Below are positions 1-13,303 of a stretch of DNA of 64,000 bases, in pieces. The DNA comes from Phoronis australis (taxonomy: Eukaryota > Animalia > Phoronida). Numbering within the stretch: position 1 is the stretch's first letter; each line of letters begins with the position of its first letter. Below the pieces are notes generated by a model that saw only the letters and a program-made list of their open reading frames with translations, searched no databases and was not told the DNA's origin. Made by a program: the position numbers and the translations under genes. Where the stretch lies: NCBI GenBank assembly GCA_002633005.1, contig NMRA01000758.1:62001-126000 (forward strand). The letters are read 5' to 3'.

Positions 1-1162
1 ATGCCTGAACATCTTCACCTAGTTTGGATTGCAATATCAGTAGTCATATGTGTGATCCCTTGTTGTAGACCTTAGAGGCTGTTGACGCAAAAGGCAAAAT
101 TAACAGGATTAGCCAGCAGATGATGAAAGTTTCAAATACTTGATTCTCCTGTCTTGCGGAACGACGTCAATCAATTTCTCATTAGTAAAATTGCCAAATT
201 ACTTCACTCAGCTCACCTCTAAACCAGAGTATATTGTAGCTGTTATTCATATCAGCAATACCACAATATACTTGTGTTGACGTTTCATATGAGAGACTAC
301 TTGTGCGATTATTTGTATGGCTATGTGTGTATACGTATACATATTAAGTGTGTATAACTATGGCATGATTGTATTGTATTGTTTCTATAACAACTCATCT
401 AGGCAATGTTAATAACGAATTGCCCAGATAAAATGTTAATTTTGATTTATGGGATGTAATGTTATCTAATCTATTTACTTAATACTCATGAATAAAAAAG
501 TAGAGGAACTTGAGAAACTCAAATCGCAGCTTAGCCTGTGCTAAATAATGTGAGACTTTCAAATAGCAACTTGGCAACAGGTCACCTGGGACCGGATACC
601 GATGGCCTCTAGAGGATGAGGAGGTACTTTAGAACGCATCACGTCTAAGCATATACATTGTGAATGGGCCTTTTCACAAAGTCGCAGTGGTCCCCTATGC
701 CACCCGCTGCAAACACATGGTAACTCCTGGTACAACTAGGTGGCGCTATGAGTCACCGGTCCTACGTGATCAGCCCCAATTGCTTTCTGAAAGTCTCCCA
801 TTGCTGCAGTTAGATAAAGGTTATCACTTTCCAGGGCCCCAAGACCATCAACAACCATTCTTTACTCGAGACTATACTAAAAATTGACTAATCGTATAGC
901 ATGCTTGAAATGAAGTTTCATATTTCACAGTATGCGATTGGCCAACTTTGTAGTCGAGTCTTCAGAAAAGATGGATGGTCTTGGGCCCATATCACAGTTG
1001 TCCAGGATGGAATATTTACTAAAGCTCCATTCTGGGTAGGCTCTACAAAAAAGAAATGATTCTTTATTCAAACACAGGAAAACTGGTTTACCGTAAATAA
1101 CATGACCAACAACACTCTACGCCTCATTCATCCTGTGACAAAATGTTACATTTTAATTACAG

Positions 1163-1838
1163 GCTGTACAAAAAATACAAGCTGTATGAACCCATCAAAG
1201 CTGACAATGACAAAATGGCATGTAAAACCAGTGATGTGGGATACATTAACCCACTTATGGTCGCTGAATGTGAAGATGTCACCAACAACAGGATTACTAT
1301 AGTCCCAACTGAAGAAACAAATATAACAGAAATCAATGTCAGTGAAAACAATATATCAGCTCTGGACTATGTAAGTTGTAGCCACGACCACCAGAGGGCA
1401 GCACACATTCAGGAGATCAAATCAACACATGAGGAAGAAGAGTGCTTCCAACCTGTTGGCTTCACAACGGGAGGTGTCAAACTTACACACTCCAAGACAT
1501 CCAGTGGCAAGAATAGCCATGACTGCGGCCAAACTGTGCAAGTAAACACTGAGTGCTGTGAAAACTCAGATTTATCAAAATTCACCCATTCTGAATGTAC
1601 CGCGAGTATTCCACAGGACCAAAGTGAGCACGATTGCAAGATCAGTAACAAAGGGACATTTAATCACTTGGTTCACAGGTACTCAAAGAACATTGAGGTC
1701 CCGCTTTGTATTATAACTGATGGTTTCCATGGTGACATATTAGGTCACAAGACTCCTGCAGATAGAGTAGGAAGACACTCCAAGTGGCCACCTTATGCCT
1801 TCGATGGTGTTACAGTCAGTTGTAAAGCTGAAATATGA
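1163..1838 (+). CDS. Probable terminal coding exon (cytoplasmic tail) of an upstream membrane-protein gene (gene A)
   Basis: Long ORF. Acceptor ttttaattacAG ends at 1162 and entry is phase 2, the same (AG)|G Arg junction as gene B's last exon. Reads (R)LYKKYK...GYINPLM...CKAEI*. AATAAA near 2270 and 2365. Upstream exons were not identified. Confidence 0.55.
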
Positions 1839-3207
1839 AGAGACTTCATGAAAAAGTAACTCACAACTGGTCATATGGTTTTGTTTGTGAAGACAGATGT
1901 GACTGGATTGTGGTTTCTTCATTTGTGCACAATGGCAAACCGATGAAATCTTATTTTGTTTAATTGCTTAGCAAAAATCTTAAGAAACAGTGGTAGGTCT
2001 ATGGGGGTTCAATGGTGCCATTGGTTCGGTAAACCACGTTGCTCAAATTATAGATCTGCCCCTGAAAAGATTACTTCAGTCTTAGCATAATTTGCTTTTT
2101 ATGTCACACATGAAAACACTTTGCGCATTTGTAGAAATGTCAGAAACTCTTGAAGAACAGTTAGAAAGTTCAGACAGAAAAAATCAATCATATTTTAAAC
2201 ATACTACTTATTTGTATTTTTGTATCTACCATTTTAAATGAAAGCACTTTAACAAGCGAGCTCTTAGTAAAATAAACGAATGAAAGAAAAAATGACTGAA
2301 AACTAATTGCATTCTGAAATCAACAAATCTTTGAAATTGTCATGAAAATTTGTTTTGAGGCTAAAATAAAAGAAACAAACTGAAGAAAGAGCCATTCACT
2401 GGTCATTTCCTTAAGGCCCTATACTCTTAATACAGGATAAAATGCTCCTGAGTGGATGTTTGCTTGGTGGCCTATATGGTGGGTAAAGAAAAGTATTAGA
2501 GATAATGAGCAAAACAATACAATGACAACATTGGAGACTACAGTACTGAACAGACATCACTAGACCTATGTACATTTGTTATGCAACAACCAGGGTATGA
2601 AACTGAACTCAAAATTACTCAGCCAAATATGCTGACTAATTAAATGTATGCTTCGCATAGCGTTTTTCAACTAATTGAAATGAAATTTACAATCACGCGT
2701 CCATCGTCAATGATTTTATCTTCAAGACCATTGTCATCTCCAGCATCACCAGTGTTGTCATTGCCAGCTGTGTTCTTGTTGGTGTTAGACGACAGTGGGG
2801 TAACCCTATAGGAATCACCATCCCACCACTCACGTAAAACATAAATATTTGATTTTTCTTTAAACCTGAAAACTATGTTTTTGGTAAAACGTGATACATT
2901 ATAAAATATTTGCCAAGGGTATGATTTGAAAAACCTGAAACTATCATGTTCAAATGTGTGATGCCCACATTCCAGAGTAGAGAGATCGGGAGGAGAGTTC
3001 TGGTTTGCAACGGAGTCACCTTGGCCATTGATGTTAGTTTCAGTGACATTCTTATTGTCAACAGCCTTTTGATTGTCAAACAGTTGGCTTCAGTAAAAAC
3101 AGAGTTGTTGACGTCAGCGCTGGATGTGTGGTTGGCTCATTAGTGTAACTGTTCCAGTCGTAAGGACAGTTTATATTGGATCCTAGCAGTAGTTAGCACC
3201 TTTTTAA

Positions 3208-4588
3208 GGTTATGCAAGACCTTATTCCGGCACAAGGCTACGTAATTAGCCAAATATGTATAAAAACCTAGATTTTAACTCAGGTAAAGTACATGTTTTT
3301 AGGTAAAGTACATGTTTTAGGTAAAGTACATGTTTTCTGAAAGAACTTGATGTTTTTACTTTTTACCATGTCTATTTAGTAATTTTATGTAACAAAGAAA
3401 GGTAGCATGACCAAATTTCATTTCAAATGTTCAAGGATCAAATCTGTAATAGTTTTCTAAAATATCACGTGGTCTTTGTTTTAATCAACTTTAGTTTTCC
3501 ATGAAAATCATGAAAGTCCTTCATTTTGATAAACTCTCGTGCAAAAGTGGAATATTTTAAAAACAATACTTCCCGCCATGACCCTGTGTCTCAAAAGGAA
3601 TTTTATTAATAAGAGATCTGATAGCCTTAAGTATACCTGTTGCTAAGAAACAAGCCAAAAATTTCAAAAATATTTTCTGTTGTCGGGGTTGGATGTAATG
3701 GGTGGAAGACCGTCTCCGCCGTTATTGTTTTTACCAGTGCGGTACTGTGGAGTTGTGAGGAAGATCCGGGGAGACCCGCTTTTTTCAGACATTAAAAGGT
3801 GCGTTTGTGGAGGCTATAGTAAAAGCTACTTGACTGAGAACGTCTCTGTGTTCAAATTTCCTATATACGTGAAAGCTGCACAGAAATGGCATCTGTTTGT
3901 GTGCCACACGAGTGTGGAATGTCAGGGTGGAACATGCAATTCAGTTGGGAACCACACTTTGTTTGACACATTTCAAGGAATCGTGTTTCGACCAAACATA
4001 AAAGCCATGTTACACTGAAGGACTTGCCACCTTGTAAGTGCATTTGCAAATTTTATAAATAACAAACAGTTTCCATTGTAGAGCAAGTGATGTCAGGCCC
4101 TCGACCCTGGCCCAGATTGAGTGCCTACGACACATAGGCTTACGCATCGTGTTTAGATCGTGCTCATTCCGTCATGGCAACAGTGAATACAAGTGACTCA
4201 GGTTTACTGCGGCTCACATGTCTGCAGAATTTCTCGTGCAAGTGGGTCGAGTTCATATGGTCTCAAAGCCGACATAACTTCGCTAAGTGGGAAATCAAAT
4301 TCATTGTCGTATTCTTCAAGTACTCAAGTGTGATGCCCGTAGTCCACTCTTCACTTTGTCTGCATAATAACTGACCAGTTCTCGATCAAAATCGTCCTTG
4401 TCTTCTGATCAGCTGTCTTCCGATATTCCAATCATTACATTATTTGGCGGGAAACTTGGGAATAACTAATTTTTCTTCAAAATTAAAAAACATCATGACT
4501 ACATGGCTTATTTAGTTAGATTTTATAGTATCCATTTCAGATTAGCTAGCTGAAACCTCAAAAACTAAAGAAATACAGCGTGGTAACA
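3208..4588. mobile_element. Degenerate Kolobok-like DNA transposon remnant (THAP on +, possible KolX-like remnant on -)
   Basis: 3790-3995 (+) reads IKRCVCGGYS...VSVFKFP...KW..FV, then frameshifted TTLCLTHFKESCFD, a decayed THAP finger. The minus strand at about 4150-4270 has GLRPY-ELDP and TCIHC remnants. TTAA at both proposed ends, but the TIR match is poor and the boundaries are approximate. Confidence 0.5.
3282..3336 (+). repeat. Short tandem repeat, AGGTAAAGTACATGTTTT(T) x3
   Basis: Read directly. Confidence 0.85.
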
Positions 4589-5689
4589 TTAAAAGTGTTT
4601 TGGAAAACAGTGCATAAACCATCATACACGAAAGTTTCGCATGGATACCAACAGTCTGTTCAGAGGTATGCAATTACAAAGTTAACCAATTTCTGCTTTT
4701 TCCAGAGTCCTAAATAAAGTGTGGTCCACTTAATCTTGTTCTCTAGTTTCCAAACCTACGTTATACATGATAAACCAGTCTGCTTGCCTATCAACTTGTT
4801 GCAATACCATGTGTAAAAAACTTTACATAGTGCCTGGATTACAATACGAAATGCCCCAGATTACACAGCGACACTCGAATTTCGGTGTATTTACCCACTA
4901 CGCTGCAATATCTGTCGAGTATTTTCGTAGCCTCGTTTTTGTGTCCCTGAAGTTCCACACGTAATTTGTTGTTTACGTATTCTTTACAAGATTTTCTCGG
5001 TTGCATTTCTCTATTCCTTCTTCCTATGCCAACAAAGTTTTACTACTGTGCTGTGTGCTGCATCTCTGTTGGATGAGTCTGATAAACTTGACAGATATCA
5101 GTGGATGTGTGATGTTAAGCACTTCACCTTCACAACATCAAAGTTCATCGGGTTAATTATGAACTGGACAGAAACCCCTTTCTTGAAATATTTTTAAACG
5201 AATAAAATTGGGGATATTTCCATGGACATACATCTCGACAGTTTCCAACATGACCTCTGAAAATGTGCCAGACATTCCCAAACAAGGCCAATGAAAACAA
5301 CGTGCCCAATTACGACTTTGTGTTACTTACGGTAGTCTACAACAACCCATGAAAATTTGGCAGTTGCAACTCTTTTAACAACATGTGGCCAAGCTTCACA
5401 TGATTCTCAGTATATGAAGATTAACAAGAAAGATCATCTCATTCTCAAGTATAATGGGTGACAGGGCAACATAGAGTAAGTACCTCATCCAGTTCTACAA
5501 TTTTTCTGATCCTCATCTGCAAGCTGCCAGCTGATTTCCATATGACAGCACTACACGTACATTAGCATTGCATTTGGTCACAAGCTAAACCCAACAAACA
5601 TCCATCTCAGTCCAAACTCCTCCAGTTCAAATGATATGAGAATAAATGCTGCCATCAGAAGAGATTACGACCAGGAAATGAATAAAAAG

Positions 5690-5760
5690 CAATGATGATC
5701 ATGATAATGACGACGATGATAATGATGGTGATTATGATCAGATGATGAATGATGATGACA
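5690..5760 (+). repeat. Degenerate (GAT)n microsatellite
   Basis: Read directly. Explains the spurious His/Ile-rich ORFs at 5655-5900. Confidence 0.8.
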
Positions 5761-6261
5761 AAAACAAAGCCTTGTATAAGAAATGATAAACCAATTAAAG
5801 TGCAATGAGGAATCTGACAATAAAAGAACAGCCATGAGAACACAACTAATTGGTAACGGTCGTAAGAAACGGATGACACACATTGCTGATAGCCCTTCAA
5901 AAGATCTATTTACTTACCAAATTTCAGAATTCCTCAAACTAACATGGCAAACGAAAATTCAAAAATAGCTGTCACACCACCATTGTGTGTCCGATTTCGA
6001 CCAAGAAAATATGCCTAGTGCTATTGATGAATTACATGTTGCTTGTAAATTTTATGTTGATTGGTCATAGGAATGACAGGAAAGGTGGTGAACCTGAGTT
6101 GTTCATGATTACTACAATGAAACCTAAAAACTGTACCTGGAACAAAATCATCACAAAATCTTGGATAACTCAAGAACGCAGTTGTAGCAAAAAAATGGAA
6201 GACAAAATCTAGCCACAAACCAAAGTTCAGAAAGATTGCTCAAAGAGGAGCAATGGCTCAG

Positions 6262-6417
6262 CAAAACGTAATCTTGCAACCAATTTACAAAACGTAATCT
6301 TGCAACCAATTTACAAAACGTAATCTTGCAACCAATTTACAAAACGTAATCTTGCAACCAATTTACAAAACGTAATCTTGCAACCAATTTACAAAACGTA
6401 ATCTTGCAACCAATTTA
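6262..6417 (+). repeat. Perfect minisatellite, 26 bp x6
   Basis: CAAAACGTAATCTTGCAACCAATTTA repeated six times with no spacers. Confidence 0.95.
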
Positions 6418-6930
6418 AACTCAAAGAATATGCTTCACACTTTCAGCAAGACATGAGTTATGTCCAAACTTGATGTTGATAGGATAAGAAATATAACCTG
6501 TAGCGTATGAACAAAGAAACAAAAGTAAACTATAAAATATAAACAAAATTTAGTTCCCCAAGTAATAATCAATGCTTTTGCGAACATAACTTTGCTTAAT
6601 TTTTTTAATATCTGATGAACTGAAGTAGCCCAATTGAAAAATATTGACAACAAGACAAATTTGCTGATGTATGGCATCCGATAGTTCAAACTGAACAGAA
6701 TTTAATAAATCTCAGAGACAAGCACGCTCATTTTCTGCCTACAAACTACGATCAATGGAAGAGTTACATGTATTGTAAAAACTATTGATCATACCAGGTT
6801 TTTAGTAAGCTTTACATAGGCATATCTGTATGCGATGGATTTATTGTTGTACCACAACTCTCACTTCCAGAATATTTTTCCAAACACCCAACACCAAATT
6901 TTAAAGGTATTTCTTATTCACCTGGTTAAG

Positions 6931-7189
6931 TAAAACCTCACCAAATTAGGACACAATATAGCAGAAAAAGTGTAAATTTCACGTTTTTATTTTTGTAAAA
7001 GATTTGGATGACTAAATTAACATCTACCTTAATCGTGTTAGTTACCATACCTCAAGTTCTATACCTCAGCTACCATCAAACAATATTTTGCAAATTATGG
7101 CCATTAACCACAATATTAGAACCCTTGACTTGTAAAATGAAAAAGTCCAATTTTGGCAATTATTTTTTTCCGAAATTGATGAGACATTA
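6931..7189 (+). mobile_element. MITE family copy (TIR about TAAAATCTCACCAATT)
   Basis: Starts taaaacctcaccaaatt and ends aattgatgagacatta. Interior resembles 13115-13303 plus 15397-15440. Confidence 0.6.
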
Positions 7190-9039
7190 CAGTATTAAAA
7201 CATTGACTTACTCTTCCATAAGAATAAATCACATCTATCGATTTCAGAGATAATCCACTATGATTTCAACACTTCATTTTAAGCCATTTTTAATTAAATT
7301 TCCGCAATAATCATCAGAGTAGAGGTTTAACTCCAGTACCAGTAGAGCAGTGACGTAAACTGTCAAGTTAGCTGAACCTTCACACCAGCTTCAATAGTTA
7401 GATGACACTGAAGTTATCATACTTTGATGCAGGAGGCATTGAACCTTGAGATATGGTGTTCCAAAATGCCAAGTAGATCAATTTTTTATTTGAAGTATTG
7501 TATAATTTATATAATCAGATAAAAAATGAAATGAAGTGCTTCTGTGGTAGAATGGTGAACATTTGAGCAAAATATGAAATAATACCACAACAAACGCTGA
7601 TTTTGAAGTTGCCACCCATTGACAGTGAAGTTGACCTTTCATACAGCATCAAAGTGATGAAGCTCCACTGTTAAATTCACCTGTTTACTGCATAATTAAC
7701 TTGATAATACCAACCGACACTCCCCAAAACACTGATATGTCAACAGTGGCATGCAAGTACTTCAAACCTGTCGTGAATTTCAAATTAGCATATTTCAATT
7801 GTTCAAATGAAACTGCACCATTGGATTATAATGAAATGTTGTATAATCCTAAAGAATTTGAGGGATATTGCACTTAAGTCATATTCACAAGTCAACATCA
7901 CCTTAACTTCAACTTTTTGAAGCGTAACCAAAAGAATGGTATTTAACCTTTACAAAGCTAAAATAGAAAAACACAACTTCCACTGACAAGTATTTATTTC
8001 AAATATTCGAGTGACAGTTCAAATTAAATTTAAAAACTAATTAATATGAATACATATGTTAAGTACAGAAAGACACAAGAAAGTGTCCAATAAACTGACC
8101 ATTAATGTACATTTTTTTGTCCTAGCAACACTTGATTTCACAGCTCAGATCAGCCCAGAGACTGGCAACTAGAAGGGCTGTAGAAAATAAAAACCCTGGG
8201 TGGCAGGCATTAACAACTACACATAAATAATGGACAGCATGACTTCTTGCTCAAAAATATCAAAAGTTGCGATATTAAAATGCCCCTTCATGAGTCACCT
8301 ATGAATCAGCTTCAAATAAGGTTTGGCTTGCAGACAGAGAAATTGTCCACCAAATAATTGTGTTGAATAAATTGTGAGGTCATGAACTACCAGCTTATCA
8401 CATCTCAAGTACAAGGGCCCCTATTGGCCGGCACAGTACATTGAAAATAATGACAACACCTGGTAAGGGTAAGGTAAGTGATTGTGCACTGATGACTTCA
8501 TAGAAAGCCCAGCTGGTGGTGACGATATAAACTACCAGCATCCCTGCTTACACACTGTTTATAAAGATTGCACATTACCGAGAAATTGTGAAATTGTGTA
8601 CAGTTCGGGCACTGCACTACTTGTGAACGTTACAATCAAAGAAAAAGTGATGGATTAACAGAAGTCACTTACTGGCAGTTTAACTATTTAAATGAATATT
8701 GTTACCATAGAAACAGTGGCTTAGGTGAGTTCAAATGCATATACAACAGATGCCACAATTTCAAGCTGTTATTGGCAATATTCTATCTATCACTTGAACA
8801 GGTCAATAACTGAAGAGGAACAGTGGATTGTTGAACAAATCAACATTACATATCATCAAAAATGTGAAGAAACTCAGAGAACTGGAATATTAAGACTGCA
8901 AGAAAGGAGATGACACACTGTCAATCCACAAAAATTGAATAACAAGCTGTTAATCTTCGTCCTGCTTGACGGTATTGGAGTACAAAAGTTGACTGCTGAC
9001 GGACAGAAGACCTTCAGTGTTGTGAAGACTGAGGACAGA

Positions 9040-9091
9040 ATGAAGTTGTTTACTGTATTCTTACTAATAATCCAGATCCAGTATTTAACAG
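9040..9091 (+). CDS. Gene B exon 1: signal peptide
   Basis: ATG at 9040, MKLFTVFLLIIQIQYLT, then phase-1 donor G|GTAAGT, which joins in frame to the exon at 15975. Confidence 0.75.
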
Positions 9092-12000
9092 GTAAGTACA
9101 TTATATTATACACTAACGGTACATCTTACAGCAGAAGTCGTGAACTTAACATCAATCATTTCTAATAAAACACCTGATATTTGATAATGAATCATATATG
9201 AACCAATTTATTTCAAATTTTTCCAATAAAAGAGAAGATTTCTTGATCATCAAAAACTAAACTATCAACTATGCTATTGAACAATACTAATCAACATGGC
9301 AGAAAAAAATGGGAATCTATAACAATTGATCATTTAGATTTACCCTTGCGTGTAAAAAGCCAGTTATGGCAATTCTTGGATTATTTCACAAATGCAGTTG
9401 CCAAAAAGGTCATTTTTACATTGTTAGATATGATGAAAAATTGCCAAATGTTGTTTAATCACAGCTGTACAGAACAATCTATTATTGTTATTAATGAAAT
9501 CAAATTTTAATGCTCATTTTTGTTGAGAATTGTGACAAAATGAAATTGCAATTGTCAACCACACTACCCAGAATGCCCTCTTTTCCACTCTGAAAGCAAC
9601 CAGCCACTCTGGCTTAACACTCTTAGATACATAACTAAAAACAGAAGCAAATTTATTCATGCTGTTTGCAACACTGGTAACCTGAGCTAGTGATAGCCAA
9701 ACAGCCTTTAAAGTCCTTATCTCAAAGGGCAATCTAGTTAAAAAACATTAAAATTTATACCAAATTAATTAATATGTAACAGGGCTTAATATTCACCTCC
9801 TTTTTGTTATCAAACTAAAAGCCTTTTTGAGCACGATTTTGTACCTCGGCTGAGATCAGAAAATCATCGACTTAATTCCCGTCTACTTCCGTGACCGGAG
9901 TTCCTGTACATCAGTTCAGGAACGATTCTTGAATGGTGGTCATGTTGTCCTTGAAAAAGTATTGACATCACCGTGAGCGTAATTGCGTTGTTACTTTGGT
10001 TGTGATGAACATTAAAAAGAAGACCAAATTCGGCTAACTTTGCAAAATCATATCTAAAAATGACCGATCGGATTAATATGAAACTTTTATATACTAGCCC
10101 CATTCATGTGCTTAACTGAGAACCCCGCATATTCATGGTTTACATAAATCCGCTTTTAATTCTGTTAACGCGAGCATTTTCATGTGTTCAGTTCCTGTTA
10201 AAGAAACCCGCTTTTCTAGGTCACTCCTGTCGTCGACTTTGGTAACTACAGCTCTTGTGGCATCAAACCTAGCACCTACTGAGTTAAATTGGTAGAGAAT
10301 TCGTCAGTAAACCCATCATGGATTCACTCCCGCAGGCAAATGTGACAGTTCATTGGCAGCAGTTTCAAAACACTGAAAACTTACAATAAATTTCCTCTAG
10401 TCTTTTCGCCCATGGGGCATACATCATGATATCCATTTTGGTCTCCGACAGCCCTCCAGAGACTAATAGGACTCAAGAAACGCATAGATTTGTCAGTCCA
10501 CATTTTTTTTCAACTCTGCGGGAAATGTGGCTAGCAATATCGCTTGCGTGAAGTAAGGATTTCCCTTAGCATAATTGCTTCATTTGATATTCACCGCGGC
10601 ATATCAAATAACGCAGTTGTTAGCAGTAATAAACCCCTAAACTTGCCACATACAAGAAAAGTGCTATTCCGAGCATTCACATGTAAGTAACTTTTGAAGA
10701 ATACCACTAATGGAGTATAGCGAGTTTCTGAGTATTTACAGGAGTTTTTACGCAGTAGTCGAGTGCATGTGAATGGGCCTACTATGCTTTAAAGGCATGC
10801 GTCAAACCTATTTAATTTTCATTTTTACGATTTTAATCAGTCTGTATTCATATCACCTCATGCCCGTCCACCACACTGGGACGACAGGTATCACGCTAAC
10901 CTGTGACGACACCAAGGACACAAAATGATGATGTCGATGGATCTTGCGATGAGAGTGTCACTATTTCTGACAATGCAGAGATGCCTCATGTATAAAGAAG
11001 TATCAAGCCCATCTGACTACTTTGCAGTCATGCCTATAGATTTTTTGATGAATAAATTATAATGCATTTTAGGCTTTTTGTTGTTGAAAACTCAAACACT
11101 GCACAAAGTTACTGAATTGTTTTTAGTGAAACTTACTTGGTTTCCAAGTTTGAAGTCTTGTGCAATCAACTTTTGCTTAAAACTGTGCTTTGTGTGTTTC
11201 TTCTCAATTAAGATTGAGAAGTGAGCTTCAAGTTAGCGACATTTACTGAAATTTATTCAGTACTTTTGTTTATTTTTTAAAAACAAAACATCAGAACAAA
11301 GAAAATAATGGACCAGTCATGGTGCTAAATTACTGGGCTTTGGTGCATAATTATATTGCAACTATATGCAAGGAAATAACACAATAACTTAAGGTGGAGT
11401 TTATAAAATAATGTCAGGTCACGTGAGTGACTCATGTAGGGGTCAGCCACTTAAATGTGTTCTTGTTGCATGACCTCTTCACCAGATTTCTTTAAGGCTA
11501 AATTGATCAAAGAAATGAAATTAAGGAGTTAAGTCTTATGGAGAAAGAATAAAACAGATTGTGCAGTTTCATAAATTCAGTTAAGTCAAGTGAGTGATCC
11601 ATATATTTAGTGCCACTGTCGAATATCTGTAGTTACAGACAAACATGAAAGAAAAATGAACGGGAATGATGAGAACTCCACATTACAATATTGGGATATT
11701 TTTACAATTTTTTTTTTATTCATTTGGTAACAGATTTTGGACTTCCAAACACTGCATTAAATGTAGAAGTATTAACTTTTGACAGTTCTGTGATATAAGG
11801 CCTTCCCAGAAAATCCCATATATACCATTTCGTACAGCAGTTATCAAAAAAGAAAAGGAATTTGTAAGTTTAATACAAATATTTTCCCATGGTCATGAAG
11901 GGTTTGAAAAACATACTGTTCATGGGTTGAAATTTAGTGTTTAGAGGAAACATGACCCTAAATGACAAAGGAATGCTGTAACTCCACTTCATGTTTTATC

Positions 12001-13303
12001 ATTCCAAAGGTGCAGTCAGGTTGTATAGTACAAACCTTGATCTCCGAGTTTCTTCTTTCACTACGATAGATAGTAAAATGAAACAAATTTCACCTAAAGC
12101 TAATTATATTGGCAAAATGAGCTTTTTTGGTTCCAGAAAAAACGTTTTACCAAAGCGAGTGCCCATAATTATTTAAAATGATGAATGCAAAGGTGCACAA
12201 GTGGAAACAACAAAGCATTGAATTCGTAATACTCATCAATTTTGGGTAAAAATAACTACAAAGAATTACCTTTTTTTTCAATGCCTGCTATTATTGCTGT
12301 GAATGCCCACAATTTTACAAAATACTTTGAGATGGTAGTTACGGTACAGAGTTTGTAAAGCATTGAATTGATGCCACAAATCTTTTATGAAAAAAATGAG
12401 AAAATAATGTAACAGCACTTTGTTCTGTGAAGGAAACACGGCAAGACCTCTTGACTCCACAGAACCACGCACACTGTATACCACCATGTTGCTAGCATCT
12501 CCAAAAATGCATCAAATTTGACTAAAAAACAATAACTATTTGTGTACCATGAAATTCCTTTGGAGATATCTTTAAACATATTTAAATTACATTGCTTTTT
12601 AAAATAGCCTTTATATAAAGAAGGTATAGATAAGAGTGGCTTGGTGAGAAAAATTACAAGCATTACAGTAAAATCTAATCAATTTTAGAAAGAAATGTTT
12701 GACCCATAATACTCTTTTATCAATGTTCAAGGATTTCTGACAGTGTTGGGAATGCTGCTGATTTTCAAAACCTTACCTGATGGTGGGTGTGGTACAAAAC
12801 TTGGGCATGGACAAGCAAATAATTTGCTGCTACATATCTTACAGTGAATGAAACTTTACTTGTCAGCCATATTGTGTCCTCACTTGGTGAGATAGTACCA
12901 CAGCATCAGGCCAGAAAGCAGCGTATTTGGTTCTGGTCTCTCATTTTTTGATAGTCGAGTCAGATGTGTAGGCGGGGTGGGCAGATGATGCAGTAGATGA
13001 ACACATAGTTCTCAAAATGACTCGGCATAGACACCAAAATCCAATATCCTTTTTAGCTTAGTCACCAATACTTTCTGCACATGTTGCCACGTGTACTGAA
13101 ACTTAGGAGAAAAATGAAAATCTCACCAATTTAGGACACAATATGGCCGACAAGTGAATTTTTTTCGTTATTTTCCAATCAAGACGTGAAGCACCAAATG
13201 AAATGATTTTCCATGTTTAGGTTCTATTTCACAGCTACCATCAAAACTTTGTTTTGAAAAATTTGTGGGCATTCACAACAAGGTTAGGAGCCCTTGAAAA
13301 TTG

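Noticed and set aside
1-75. Hydrophobic stretch LVWIAISVVICVIPCC as gene A's TM exon
   Set aside because: It runs into a stop codon, and I found no convincing phase-2 donor to join it to 1163.
2873-3143. Possible Crypton/tyrosine-recombinase relic (SGFSNHTLGK)
   Set aside because: A single weak motif with no other supporting residues.
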